Below are positions 1-11,195 of a stretch of 64,000 nt of DNA, one piece after another. Every line of letters starts with the position of its first letter. Position 1 is the first letter of the stretch. The notes below the pieces were generated by a model, which ran no database searches, had not been told where the DNA came from, and saw only the letters and a list, made by a program, of their open reading frames with translations. Position numbers and translations under genes: made by a program. Origin of the DNA: Scyliorhinus canicula (Eukaryota); contig NC_052159.1 of the NCBI RefSeq assembly GCF_902713615.1, positions 128,980,432 through 129,044,431 of the forward strand, written 5' to 3'.

Positions 1-837
1 CCACATCCCGTAAATTATTTTTTAATAGAAATTCTGTCACAGGGAATGGAGACTCGCAGCCCCCAGATCTTCTGCAATGCCCAGCTCTCTGTAACCCTCA
101 CCACTCTGCTGATTACTCCCTTGTTTTATTTACTGGGTAAGTTTGGCTCTGTCAGGGATCTGTAATCAAAGAGCTGCCCATCAGTGCCCTTTATCACTGG
201 CAGCTCATTGATGATATTTAAATAAGGATTGATGATGAGAATGGTTCAGGCACTTGACCCTTCGTCATTCGGTCGTAAACTTGTTCCCATATCCACTCCC
301 TGTGGGTGCGATCACATGATAATGTACCCCTCTCCCTTGTTTGTTTGAAGAGACGGTATCTGGTTTCCTGACACAAAGAGGACAAAGTATATGGAATGCC
401 CATGTTTCAACATAAGCACGTTAAGAGATGATCGGGGCTAAATTGGATAGCAGTGTGCCATGTCTCCATGCTCATTTAGTGTAGCTGCCTATTCCTTCAT
501 GCTGTCGCCTCACTATCACGATTTCTGCATGCAGCTCTGTGCTAACCAGGCAGGTGACAAGCTGCACACATCAGCAGCGACCTAAGTTCATGTTACGAGC
601 ACTATTTAAAGTTAGCCCGCACCTCTTTAAGGAGACAGGCATTGTGAAAGAGCAGGTGCCGGAATCCTTTCTGAACTGAATTTTACATGGGAAAGACAGA
701 AGAATGGATGAATGTGAAAGAAAGCAAGCATCCAGATTTCTGTGCTGGAGTCTTTTGGAGGAGTAAAAAAAATGCCCTGAATCTGTTTAAGGGGCCAGAG
801 TGCTCTTCTGACACACATTAAGTTGGCATATGGAACA

Positions 838-1044
838 GGGGCTGGATTCTCTGTTGTGGGTCCACCCCACTACCGTTGCTAGCAAGGTGGCCGCTCGCTG
901 GTGGCAGAATTCTCTACTCCAACCGCTTGTCACTGGGAATTCCCATTAAAACACCCCACGCCTCCGTAAATTCACAGGTGGGGGTGCACTGCCGCCGGGA
1001 CCAGAGTATCCCGCTGCCAATGAACAGCCGGAAACGTCCGGCCC
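838..1044. mobile_element. MITE with GGGC-type TIRs (Harbinger-like)
   Basis: GGGCTGGATTCTC...TCCGGCCC; similar to 33743-33916. Confidence 0.55.
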
Positions 1045-1721
1045 AGATTGCTCTGGAGTTTTTGTCAAGAGTATTGTTTCAAGGGCTGGGTGCTGTTCCA
1101 CATTAAGGTTAATGATCTTACACGAGTGTTCAAGTTGAGTAAACGTATGTTCAACTGCACCATAAATCTCAGCCACGTCAAATCTACCAACAATCCCCAG
1201 ACCCATACCTGATGTTCATGTATCCCAACTCACAAATTTTAAGCTCTTGCAAACTTCATTAAAAATCTCATCGTTTACCCACACTTACAATTATTCATCC
1301 ATGATAGCCATGTCACTTAACTACATTGCAGCACACTAATGGCACTCTTCCCTCTCTCTTGGGGAAGAGTTTGCACATAACCAGCAACAGCAGGAAGTCA
1401 CTGGAGAAGGAGAGATATACTTACTTGCTTGAATTGCCTGGAGGGGAGGTTAGAGCCACTATCAATCGGGCTATTGCTGGCCAGCAGTAAGGCTGAATCC
1501 ACAATGATAACAGTACACGCACATCTAATCCTCCCTCTCACACTCCAGCACCCTGCTGGCCTCCTTTAGGAGCAGAATTGCTAATCCTGGGGCCGTGTTT
1601 ACGCCGTCAGGAAACAAGACGGCATTTCCGTCGGCGTCACCACTTAGCCTCAGGATCAGAGAATCCCGCCCAGGGTGCCGACTGGAATATAAAGCTTGAA
1701 AATGGCAGCACTTGTATCAAA

Positions 1722-2032
1722 TCATAGAATCCCTACAATGCAGAAAGAGATTGTTTAGCACATCGAGTGTGCACCAACTCTCTGAAAGAGCACCCTACCT
1801 AAGCCCACGTTTCTGTAGCCCCACATAACCTTGGGACACTGAGGGCAAATTGGAATGACCAATCCACCTAACCTGCACATCTTTGAACTTTTGGAGGAAA
1901 CCGGATCATCCGGAGGAAACCGACACAGACACGGGGAGAATGTATAAACTCCAGTCACCCAAGGCCAGAAATCAAACCCAGGTCCCTGGCGCTGTGAGGC
2001 AGCAGTACTAACCACTGTGCCACTGTCCCGCC
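1722..2032 (-). mobile_element. HE1-type SINE
   Basis: tRNA-like head, V-domain core, CR1-like tail with TTCTATG. Confidence 0.85.
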
Positions 2033-2270
2033 CATGAACTCAATATTGCATGCTGATTGACTTAAATTTTGGCTTGGCATCAACGCTTAGGAACGGAAAA
2101 TCCGGCTGAACGTCTTTTCTGTTATGATAAGCACTCAAGTCACGAGGGGATCATCGATAAATCTCCCCATGGATATCGTAGAATATAAGTTCCCCCATTG
2201 AGTGGGTGGAGGCTCCCCCAAGAGGAACTATTCAGCGGGAGTTTAAAACCTGTAGCCCAGACCTGGACTG

Positions 2271-3203
2271 TGTAGCCATGCTGGCCACGCAAAATGGACA
2301 CTGAGCCAAACTAAAATGGAAGACTGCTGGGAAACAGACAGTTTAGCCAGAACAGCAGTCTGCAAAGAGCAGTTTGCATTCTGCAGCAGCAGAAACCAGT
2401 TTGGGCTCAGGTGAAAAGACCTTAGCTAGGTGCAAATGGCAAAACGCTTTGCATGCTAATGAGGCCATCAGACTTGAACACCCACACAATAGATACATTT
2501 GGTTCTGAATGGACACATTCTAATCAAGACCCAGACATCGAGGCACCAGAAACCTCCAAACAAAAGGACATAAGAAACGCCCCCTCCATCACGGAGACCC
2601 CCTCGCATTGGGGAATTAATCCAGTATCGATAAGAAATTGATCCAATAGGTAGAGCCCGCCCGAGAAGAGGGAAGGACAATGGAACCCCTATAAAAGATA
2701 GGGACCTCGTGTTGTCCGGTCTGTTAAACCCGTGCTCCGGCTCTGACTGACATCTCGCATCCTGACTCCAGCCGTTGAGCACCAGCCGCCGAAACCGTAA
2801 GTTCAACGCTCGCTACGCGATCCAAGCCCACTAGACTCCCAAGTACCAGAACGCTTGCTGAAGGCTGCAGACAAAACCAGGACGAAGGCCTCGTTCTCTG
2901 ACCTTGCCTGTTCCTGTTAGATAAGTATTCTGTTTGCTTAAGTTTAGTTATAGCTTAGTCTCTTAGTGTGCATGAGTATTTATTATAACTGTATAATAAA
3001 TATTGATCGTTTGAACTTTACTAATCGGTGTATCGTCTTTATTACTTTGAACTTGACCTTGGAATACTTGTGACGTTGCCTATACGGCAACTGGCGACTC
3101 CAGAGCTAAATAATTACATAGAACAGAGCCTAGCAGTGTTAAGCACACGTCGAACTCGGAGGCGTGTTAATACACTCCAATAAACGCGTTTTACGCCCAT
3201 AGT
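2271..3203 (+). repeat. 5' LTR (last 13 bp displaced by an inversion)
   Basis: Matches 11196-12127; the only difference seen by eye is TATAAAAG vs TATAAAG. Confidence 0.95.
2643..3000 (+). promoter_or_regulatory. LTR promoter and processing signals: CCAAT (2643), GC box (~2656), TATA (2690), splice donor GTAAGT (2797), AATAAA (2995)
   Basis: Motifs in canonical order; all also present in the diverged solo LTR at 48127-49106. Confidence 0.7.
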
Positions 3204-3398
3204 CGGATGTCGCCACTAAATGTTGCACGTTTTACTATGGGCGTAAAACGCGTTTATTGGAGTGTATTAACACGCCTCCGAGTTCGACGTGTGCTTAACA
3301 CTGCTAGGCTCTGTTCTATGTAATTATTTAGCTCTGGAGTCGCCAGTTGCCGTATAGGCAACGTCACAAGTATTCCAAGGTCAAGTTCAAAGTAATAA
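3039..3398. repeat. Inverted repeat: 165-bp arms (3039-3203, 3234-3398) with a 30-bp spacer holding the reversed LTR end and PBS
   Basis: 3204-3398 is the reverse complement of the U5 end + TTTAG + TGGCGACATCCG. Confidence 0.95.
3204..3215 (-). promoter_or_regulatory. Primer binding site TGGCGACATCCG (inverted relative to the provirus); primer tRNA uncertain, resembles Arg(UCU) with a 1-nt bulge
   Basis: On the minus strand it follows the LTR end GCAACA after a TTTAG spacer and starts with TGG. Confidence 0.7.
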
Positions 3399-3582
3399 GC
3401 GAAATTCGGAAGTGTGTTTAGTGCATGCGTACTAACAGGGCTGTAAGGTAAAACTGAAAGCTTTTTGTTGCGACAAACTTTCGGTAGTTTTGTGATCGGA
3501 AAATAGCGTAAGCCGTACCCTTTTCACGAAACACCACCCCAACAACCCCCTGTTCCAAATTATAAAAAGAGAGTCAGAGGAA

Positions 3583-5331
3583 ATGGCCATGCAGGCAATG
3601 GAACGTCTGATGGATCCAGCAAAGTTTGTGGTCGCAGCGACCAGCAGCAGTAGCAGAGTAGGCCAGTGTCCCACGTGGGAGCTGGAACTCCGCAAATATT
3701 TACAAGGAAAGGGATGGCCCCTTTGGAAAGAGTTTTGTGCAAATGAGGAGACAGGTCCCGGAAGTATAGGTCATACTTGGTGGGAGAACCTCTCTCAAAT
3801 ACACAAAAAGAGTTTAGGTAAAGCACGCAAGCCGATGGCGATTGTGTCCTGCTTGGCACAGTTGCGAGGCGCAGAGGAGGTCATCAGGACGCTCCGGGCA
3901 GATTTAGAGGAAAGGAACCGAATGAGTAAGGTCGATGTCAGGGACATCGAGAAAGAAAACCTGGAATTAAAAGGGAAGTTGGCAGAGAAGGGTAGAGAGG
4001 TGGATGATGCCAAGAGGGCTCACCAGTCTTGTCTAGCTCATCTGAACAGTTCCCAGACCCAGTATGAGAAAGCCTATCAGGACGTGCAACGTGCCGTTCT
4101 GATAAGACAGGAATCGGAAAAGCAGGTGGAGGCATTGCAGAGGCAATGTTCTGATCTCAAAGCAGCTTTGAGAGCACTCCATGCTGCAACGACCGAACAA
4201 AGACAAAGCACAGTTGACCACGCGAAATGCAGGAAACAGATTGCGGAATTGCAATCTCTGCTTTCGGTGCAGAATGGCTTCCAAAGCACCTTTGGAGCTC
4301 AGTTAGATGGGGAAAACGCCCCAGATTGGCAGGAATTAAGCGAGACAGCGCAGCGTTATGTTCAGGGAACATGTGCGCCAGCAGCTCAGCAGAAACGACA
4401 GGCACCCCAACCCCCCACAGCTCAGATCATAACCGCACCCATGAATCCCGTAACCACACAGAGGAAAGCCGAATCAGAAGGCGCCCCAGACATAACTTAC
4501 ACCACCCCTTTAACAGTAACCCAGCTAAGGGACGCTTGTGAAAAGATCACTCCGTTCCTCCCCACCGCAGACCCCCACCAGTTTTTCGCTAAAGTAAAAC
4601 AGCAGGCTACCATGTACGGCCTGGATGAGAGAGAGCAGGTTAAGCTCACCGTGCTGAGCTTAGACCAGAGTGTAGTGGCAGCCCTCCCCGACCCACAAAA
4701 CGTGGCAGGAGGCAGCCTAGAGGAGATGCACACTGCCATTTTAGATGCCATCGGGTACAATAGAGGTGACCCCGTAGAAGGATTGAATAAGTGCAGGCAG
4801 AAGAGATCCGAACACCCCACAGCATTCGCAGGAAGGCTGTGGATTCATTTCAGCGCAGTTTTCGGACAGCTAGATAGAGCGCATTTAACCCGCGAAAACA
4901 TGGTTAAGTGGACGCGCACAATTATCTCACACGCAACAGAAGCAGGACAGAGCGCTTGCAATAGTTACGACCCCTCAGAAGAGGCCCATAACGAAAAATG
5001 GGTCCTGAAAAGATTGTCCCGCGCTTGGGAGCAATCGCTTCAGGCAAAAGGAAAAGTTAGATCCCCAGAAGAGGCTCAGGCTGCTGCAGATATCCAAGCA
5101 GTCAGAGAGCACCAGAAGCCCGCATGGGTAAATGAAGGCAAGAGCAGCCCTCAGCAGAAAGGACAGGAATGCTATAACTGTGGACAGTTAGGGCATTGGG
5201 CAAAAGAGTGCCAAGCACCCCAGCGATCTCAGAGAGGCCAGCAGACAGGCACTCTGAACCGCAACAAAGCAAAACCCATCCACAATGTAGCAGTACAGTC
5301 AGGACCCACCAATGTGGACGAGACGAACTGA
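3583..5331 (+). CDS. gag: Gag polyprotein (N-terminal coiled coil, capsid with MHR-like motif, single CCHC zinc knuckle)
   Basis: 582-aa intact ORF; CYNCGQLGHWAKEC; MHR-like QKRSEHPTAFAGRL; heptad-rich region ~aa 95-230. Confidence 0.92.
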   Translation: MAMQAMERLMDPAKFVVAATSSSSRVGQCPTWELELRKYLQGKGWPLWKEFCANEETGPGSIGHTWWENLSQIHKKSLGKARKPMAIVSCLAQLRGAEEVIRTLRADLEERNRMSKVDVRDIEKENLELKGKLAEKGREVDDAKRAHQSCLAHLNSSQTQYEKAYQDVQRAVLIRQESEKQVEALQRQCSDLKAALRALHAATTEQRQSTVDHAKCRKQIAELQSLLSVQNGFQSTFGAQLDGENAPDWQELSETAQRYVQGTCAPAAQQKRQAPQPPTAQIITAPMNPVTTQRKAESEGAPDITYTTPLTVTQLRDACEKITPFLPTADPHQFFAKVKQQATMYGLDEREQVKLTVLSLDQSVVAALPDPQNVAGGSLEEMHTAILDAIGYNRGDPVEGLNKCRQKRSEHPTAFAGRLWIHFSAVFGQLDRAHLTRENMVKWTRTIISHATEAGQSACNSYDPSEEAHNEKWVLKRLSRAWEQSLQAKGKVRSPEEAQAAADIQAVREHQKPAWVNEGKSSPQQKGQECYNCGQLGHWAKECQAPQRSQRGQQTGTLNRNKAKPIHNVAVQSGPTNVDETN

Positions 5332-8300
5332 CGGTGTTCGGGCTCCCCCACTTGGGTCTGTGACACACTATGGGACTCATCAGGGAGGCCCGTAGTCACG
5401 GCAAAAGTCAAAGGGAAGCCCATAGAGTTACTGTGGGACACAGGAGGATCCCGCACCACCATTAACTCCACAACCACGGCACACGCAGACACGTGGCCGA
5501 CCACCTCCACCATCACACTTAGCGGGTTCACCGGACACTCGCAGCAGGGACACATTACAGCACCCATAGCAATTCAGCTAGGGAACATTAGCACAAGGCA
5601 CCCCGTAGTTTTAGTAAATCTTCCCCGGACAGCAGAGCACATCCTGGGGATAGATTTTATGAACGCTCACAGCTTGTCGTTCGACCCAGTGAACCAGTGT
5701 GTCTGGCGAATGGCGAGATCAGACAGAGCCCCAGCCACCCTCACAGTAGGAGACTACGCTAATCGGATTAGCGCAGTGGGAGAGTACTCATTCGACCTGA
5801 CTACACTCCACACCGACAGACAAATTAAGGCCCTACTGAACAAACACAGGACAGCATTTGCAAGTCACCGTCATGACTGTGGCAGAATGACTGGACAAGT
5901 TCATGTTACCGGACAGGACCCCCGACCGCAAAAGCAGTATAGATTTCCCCTCGAGGCAGAGGTGGAAATAGAAAAAGTTATAGGCAGCTTGTTGGACCAA
6001 GGTGTACTGAGAACGGTAGCCTCCACCAACAATGCCCCTATTTGGCCAGTGAGGAAGCCCGATGGATCATGGCGTCTGACCATCGATTATCGGGAACTCA
6101 ATAAAGTAACCCCCGCAGTAGCCCCAACGGTAGCTACTAGTCCCGAGACCATGCTCAAGCAGGGTCTCAACGCCAAGTACTTCACGGTATTGGACATCAG
6201 TAATGGATTCTGGTCAATACCATTGGCAAAAGCGTGCCAATACAAATTCGCATTCACTTTTAAAACACAGCAGTACACGTGGACATGCCTCCCACAAGGA
6301 TTCCACAATTCACCCTCCATTTTCCACCGACAGCTGGCAAGTGGATTAGAAAAATTTTCCCGACCCGAATGTCTGGTACAGTATGTAGACGACCTACTAC
6401 TGCAGACAGACACAAAGGCAGAGCACATTTCGCTTCTGGCCGAACTCCTGGAACTCTTAACTGAAATTGGCTGTAAAGTTAACCCGAAAAAGGCCCAAAT
6501 ATTGGAAAGTAAAGTGATGTATTTGGGATCAGTCATCACGCACGGCAAACGCGAGATCGAATTCAAAAGAATTGATTCGATTGTCAAATTGCCCCTTCCC
6601 CAGAATGTATCAGCCCTCCGGTCGTTTTTAGGACTGGTTGGCTATTGTCGGAACCACATAGACGGATGCGCGACAAAAGCCGCCCCACTTTCAGACCTCC
6701 TTAAGAAAGGAGCCCCCTGGGAATGGCTTCCGCAGCATACAGGCGCTGTGGAAGAGTTGAAACGAGCCCTTAGTGCAGCACCCGCGCTGCTAGTCCCCGA
6801 CCAACTTTCACCGTACGCAATAGAGGTAGCGAGCACCGATCTGACCCTCTCGGCCGTGTTGCTTCAGGAACGGCACGAGCAGCTAAGACCAGTGGCTTAT
6901 GCCTCCCGACTGTTAGACCCGGTAGAACAAGGATTTTCAGCCTGTGAGAGGCACCTCCTTGCTGTCTTCTGGGCAGTGCAGTATTTCTCATACATCACCG
7001 GACTCAACCCCATTACTATTCTGACCGAACATACACCCACACAGCTACTACTAGACGGTCGACTGAAGGACGGTTCAGTTAGCCAGATTAGGGCAGCTAG
7101 GTGGACCCTACTTTTACAAGGACGGGACATTACAGTAAAACGGACACGCACACACACATACTTAGCAGACAACCTCCAATACCCCGGACAGCCCCATGAC
7201 TGTGAAATTGTAGCTCCCCTGCATAACACAGGACCCTTTTTAGCAAAAACACCCTCCAGGAAGATAGGGAACCCGAAACAAAGCCCCCAGCCCACAGACA
7301 CGTGTGGACCCTTGAGGATTTATGTAGACGGTTCCTCCACAGTTTTAAATGGTGAGCGTATCACAGGATGCGGCATCTATGTAGAGGACGCGCAGGGGCG
7401 CGCTCTCGAAGAGATAGCTCTTAAGTTACCAGGTCACTTAGGCGCGCAGGCAGCAGAGCTAGCAGCCATAGCGTACATAGTGGACCACCCCGATTCTTTC
7501 CCCAGCCCAGCGGACATATATTCAGACAGCTTATATGTATGCAATAGCCTAACAGATTTTCTGCCCCTGTGGAGGACACGAGGTTTTGTCTCCGCAGACG
7601 GAAAACCCCTTCCATCAGCCCCCTTACTCCAGCATATCCTAGAGAAAGCGAAGGACAGGACCTTCGGCATTATAAAAGTTCGCAGCCACCATAGGTCATC
7701 ACCCCCTGGGAATGTAAAAGCCGACGCGTTGGCTAAGGCAGGTTCTAGGAGAGGACACTTATGGACCCCCCCAGCTAGCGCACCAGCTAGCGCCCCTGTG
7801 AGCGCAGTCCAAGTCCCACAGACTGATATTAAAGATCTCGTGGCAGCACAGAAACAGGACGGAGACCTCAGGGAGGTTTTCAAGGGAAACTTTGTGCCTG
7901 CTTACGAGCACTTTAAACACGCACTGACCACACATGAGGGTGTGATCATTAAGGACCAACTTTATGTGGTCCCACAGCAGGACAGGAATCAGATGATTGC
8001 CTTGTTCCATGACGGACACGGGCATCAGGGAATTGATGCAACAACGAGGCACCTCAGGCAACTCTGTTGGTGGCCTAATCTCAGGAATGATGTAACGCAC
8101 TACATAGAGAATTGCCTGATTTGTGCTCAGAATAACCCGGAGCGGTATTCTAAGAAAGCACAACTTCGGCATACTCGCCCAGTTAACGGCCCTTGGACAA
8201 ACCTCCAGATCGACTTTATAGGTCCATTGCCCCCTTGCAGGAATGGCTATAAATACGTTCTGGTGGTGATAGATACCTTTACCAAGTGGGTAGAGGCATT

Positions 8301-9558
8301 TCCCTCACGAACAAATACAGCAAAGACAGCTGCAAAGATCCTGACCCACCACATCTTCACGAGATGAGGTTTACCCCGAAGTATCGATTCGGACCAGGGA
8401 TCTCACTTTACAGGACGGGTCATGAGGAACGTCCTGACAATATTCGGAATCAAACAGAACTTCCATATTGCGTATCATCCACAGTCCAGCGGGATTGTGG
8501 AGTGCATGAATCGGACCCTAAAAACTACCCTTAGGAAAATGGTTCAAGAGAATAATTCCACATGGGATTCAGTGCTCCCATTTGCACTTATGTTCATAAG
8601 GAACACTGTCTCCACATCGACAGGATACACACCACACACACTCATGACCGGACGCCCTATGAAAGGTACAGAATTCCTTTTAGGACTGGACATGACAAGC
8701 CCCGAAGTGACGGCCCTCACACATGAAAAGGCAGTTAAAGATCTAGTTGAGACTGTGAGGTCTGCACAGCTCGCAGCCGCAGTCCAGCTAGGGAAACGCC
8801 GACAGCAACGGACTGCCTGTTTCAATAAGACCGTCCACACCACAGAATTCCAGGTTGGGCAACAGGTAATGTTATCTGTTTATAACCCCAGCAGTTTTTT
8901 GGCTCCAAAATATTCCGGTCCCTACTCAATTTCGGACAAAATTAGCCCCTCCGTTTACAGAATAAAATATCCTAATGGGAAGACCGCGTGGTTCCATATA
9001 AACCAGTTAAAGGCATATGGAACACAGGCCAACCATGCTCACCATGTCCTGCTGGATGCAGCAGAACACTACACCCCGCCCACCAGAGACACTTTTCCAC
9101 CATCCCCCTCACAGACCAGTTCATCAACGGACTCGCCCACGACTCCGCCCACAGACCACAACAGACCACGCCCCGACACGCCCACAAGCTGCCACAGCAG
9201 AGACAGCAGGACTGACACTGACTCTGAAGACAGCGACACCACACAGCCATACAGCCCACACTGCACCAACTACGACCCCGACTCCAGTGACCCCATGGAA
9301 GTCACCTACCTCAAATATCCAGAACCACCACCCAACCCCGACTACCCCGACAACACACTCGACACTACACAATGGCACAGGGACAATTCATACAGACTTG
9401 TCCGCAATGACGAGAGTGACCCCCGGTCACACAATTCCAAAATAGCATGCCTGATCCACACAAGGGTGTGGGATCCGGGAGAGCAGGACGACACGGTGTC
9501 TGACTCCCGACACGGCAACCCCTTTGTGACCCTGTTCACAGAGGCAGAATCAAAGTGA
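5332..9558 (+). pseudogene. pol: Pol (PR-RT-tether-RNase H-IN), in frame with gag via UGA; one premature stop at 8365-8367
   Basis: LLWDTGGS (~5431); LPQGF and YVDD (6382); degenerate RH (IEVAS/ERHLLA/TEH); intact RH (YVDGS at 7321, AELAA, YSDS, GNVKAD); IN HHCC, LQIDFIG, DSDQG, GIVE, GPY; ORFs starting at 3583, 5659 and 8422 share one frame. Confidence 0.93.
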
Positions 9559-10510
9559 GGTGTCCAGATGATGCAAGATAGGAGTCGTTTGAGGGAAACG
9601 ATGTCCTTTCTGATGGAACCTGCACGTATGTTTGTCTTCGTTTTATGTTTGTTTGTCTCAGGATTGTACATTGTTCAGCTGGAGGATGGACATCTTCTTT
9701 TCAGCTGAAAAGATTGTGACCACCTCACATACACGTTAGCTTGTCCGCAGATACTTTTGAGAACTTCGGTTTGATTGGAGATCTTTTCCAAAGTTGTAAC
9801 ACTTGTGACAGCCTGGTGAGCAGCTCACCGTATCGTCTAAAATATCTGAAGACCAGCTCATGTCCTCAGTTGGAGCATCTTGGCTCCCATGGTTTTTTTT
9901 TTAAGGTGCCCCTCTATTCGGCGAAATAGAGACTGCAAGTCATGGTCAACACATTCGTACCCGTTTTTTCCAGGTTACTCAGGCAGTGGACAAACGGCAC
10001 TGAGGACCCGCCCTGTCTGAGAACCCACCCTTGGTCAGCCAAGCTCGGGTATGGCACAGCACGCCCTACCCGGGGATCCCATCCAACTCGTACCCGTAGC
10101 GGCCCATACGCAACTCATTCGGATGTTTGTTTCCAAGTTTGTTTTCATTTTACGTTAGGTAGCCCTTCGGCCGCCATCCCACATGCTATTTACATCCGGG
10201 AACATTCGGATGGTAAATCAGCAAAGCCTGCGAGACGGCTCGCAGAAGGAAGGATTGTTAGGTGTATGCTGGTCTTTAAATTCGCTTTTTGAAAAAAAAA
10301 AATGAGGGGAGTCACAGGGTGTGACTTAGCCAGTCATTTTAAAGGGTCAATTGGGTTTTGAAAGACAGATGCACTAACAAGTAAAGGTCTTAAACTGTGT
10401 ATTGACAGATACTGTGCTTGATCCCAAAGGTTTCAAAGGACGAGACAGAAGTCGAAGCCAGGATTGTCAATACCGGAGGAAGAAGGAAGAGAAAGAAGAA
10501 GAACAGCAAA

Positions 10511-10864
10511 ATGATGGAAGCCCACTTATTACTGTTTAATGTCATATGTATATGTGTGGAAACAAGACACGTTTCCCCCACAACCCCCACCGTAAATGTT
10601 AGTACAACAAACCCCCAGTGCTCAGCTCTGATCAGCGAGGTTCAGACCTGGTGTACTAAATTCATGACGTGGTACTCCATGTCCTACATAATCGAATCAC
10701 TGTTGGTGATCGCGATCCTCATCGTCCTAGTGCAGACCCTCAGGTTGAGGAAATGGAAGAGGAGAGCCTCTCGTTCCAGCACCTCACCCATCTATAGAGT
10801 GCAATCCCCCATCTTCGGATTCCACCAAACCCCTCAACCCCTCACTGATTACAACACTCTGTAA
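10511..10864 (+). CDS. 117-aa small single-pass membrane protein at the env position (FAST-like candidate)
   Basis: ATGATGG in good Kozak context; hydrophobic N-terminus, NVS sequon, C-x10-C, TM IIESLLVIAILIVLVQTL, RLRKWKRR, C-terminal YNTL; upstream branch point ACTAAC (10373) and acceptor CAG (10406-10408). Confidence 0.75.
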   Translation: MMEAHLLLFNVICICVETRHVSPTTPTVNVSTTNPQCSALISEVQTWCTKFMTWYSMSYIIESLLVIAILIVLVQTLRLRKWKRRASRSSTSPIYRVQSPIFGFHQTPQPLTDYNTL

Positions 10865-11185
10865 ATAAAATTCAGCCATGTATTATATTGTTCCATACTC
10901 GACTGCCGAGTTGGGAAGTGTGATGTTGTGGTGTGAATGGTTAAGATTTTAGAGTGATTAAATGTTTAAGTTAAGGTTAAGGTTAATAGTGATAGGTAGA
11001 GGTTCCCAATTGTAGTAATGCATGTCCCCTTTGACATAGGGCCAAGTAGAAATGTTAGTTAAAATTTTTTTTCTCTTCTTCCCATAGTTTAGAACAGAGT
11101 AGAACAGGAACTGGCAAGAGGTCAGAACACAAGGAAGGCAAAGTACATAGGTGATCCTTCACAATAGTATGATTGTGAGGATCAC

Positions 11186-11195
11186 AAGGAGGGAA
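11186..11195 (+). promoter_or_regulatory. Polypurine tract
   Basis: AAGGAGGGAA abutting the TG of the 3' LTR. Confidence 0.85.

Noticed and set aside
2453-2806. Short ORFs in the LTRs (also at 11378 and 48308)
   Set aside because: They recur only because the LTRs are repeated; no protein features
10418-10510. N-terminal extension of the 148-aa ORF (RRKRKKK, NLS- or furin-like)
   Set aside because: Starts at TTG; the basic stretch is just the GAA-rich tract; ATGATGG at 10511 precedes a signal-like segment and is the better start
9559-11150. Canonical env
   Set aside because: No long ORF and no SU/TM, fusion-peptide or CX6CC motifs; the region is only ~1.6 kb
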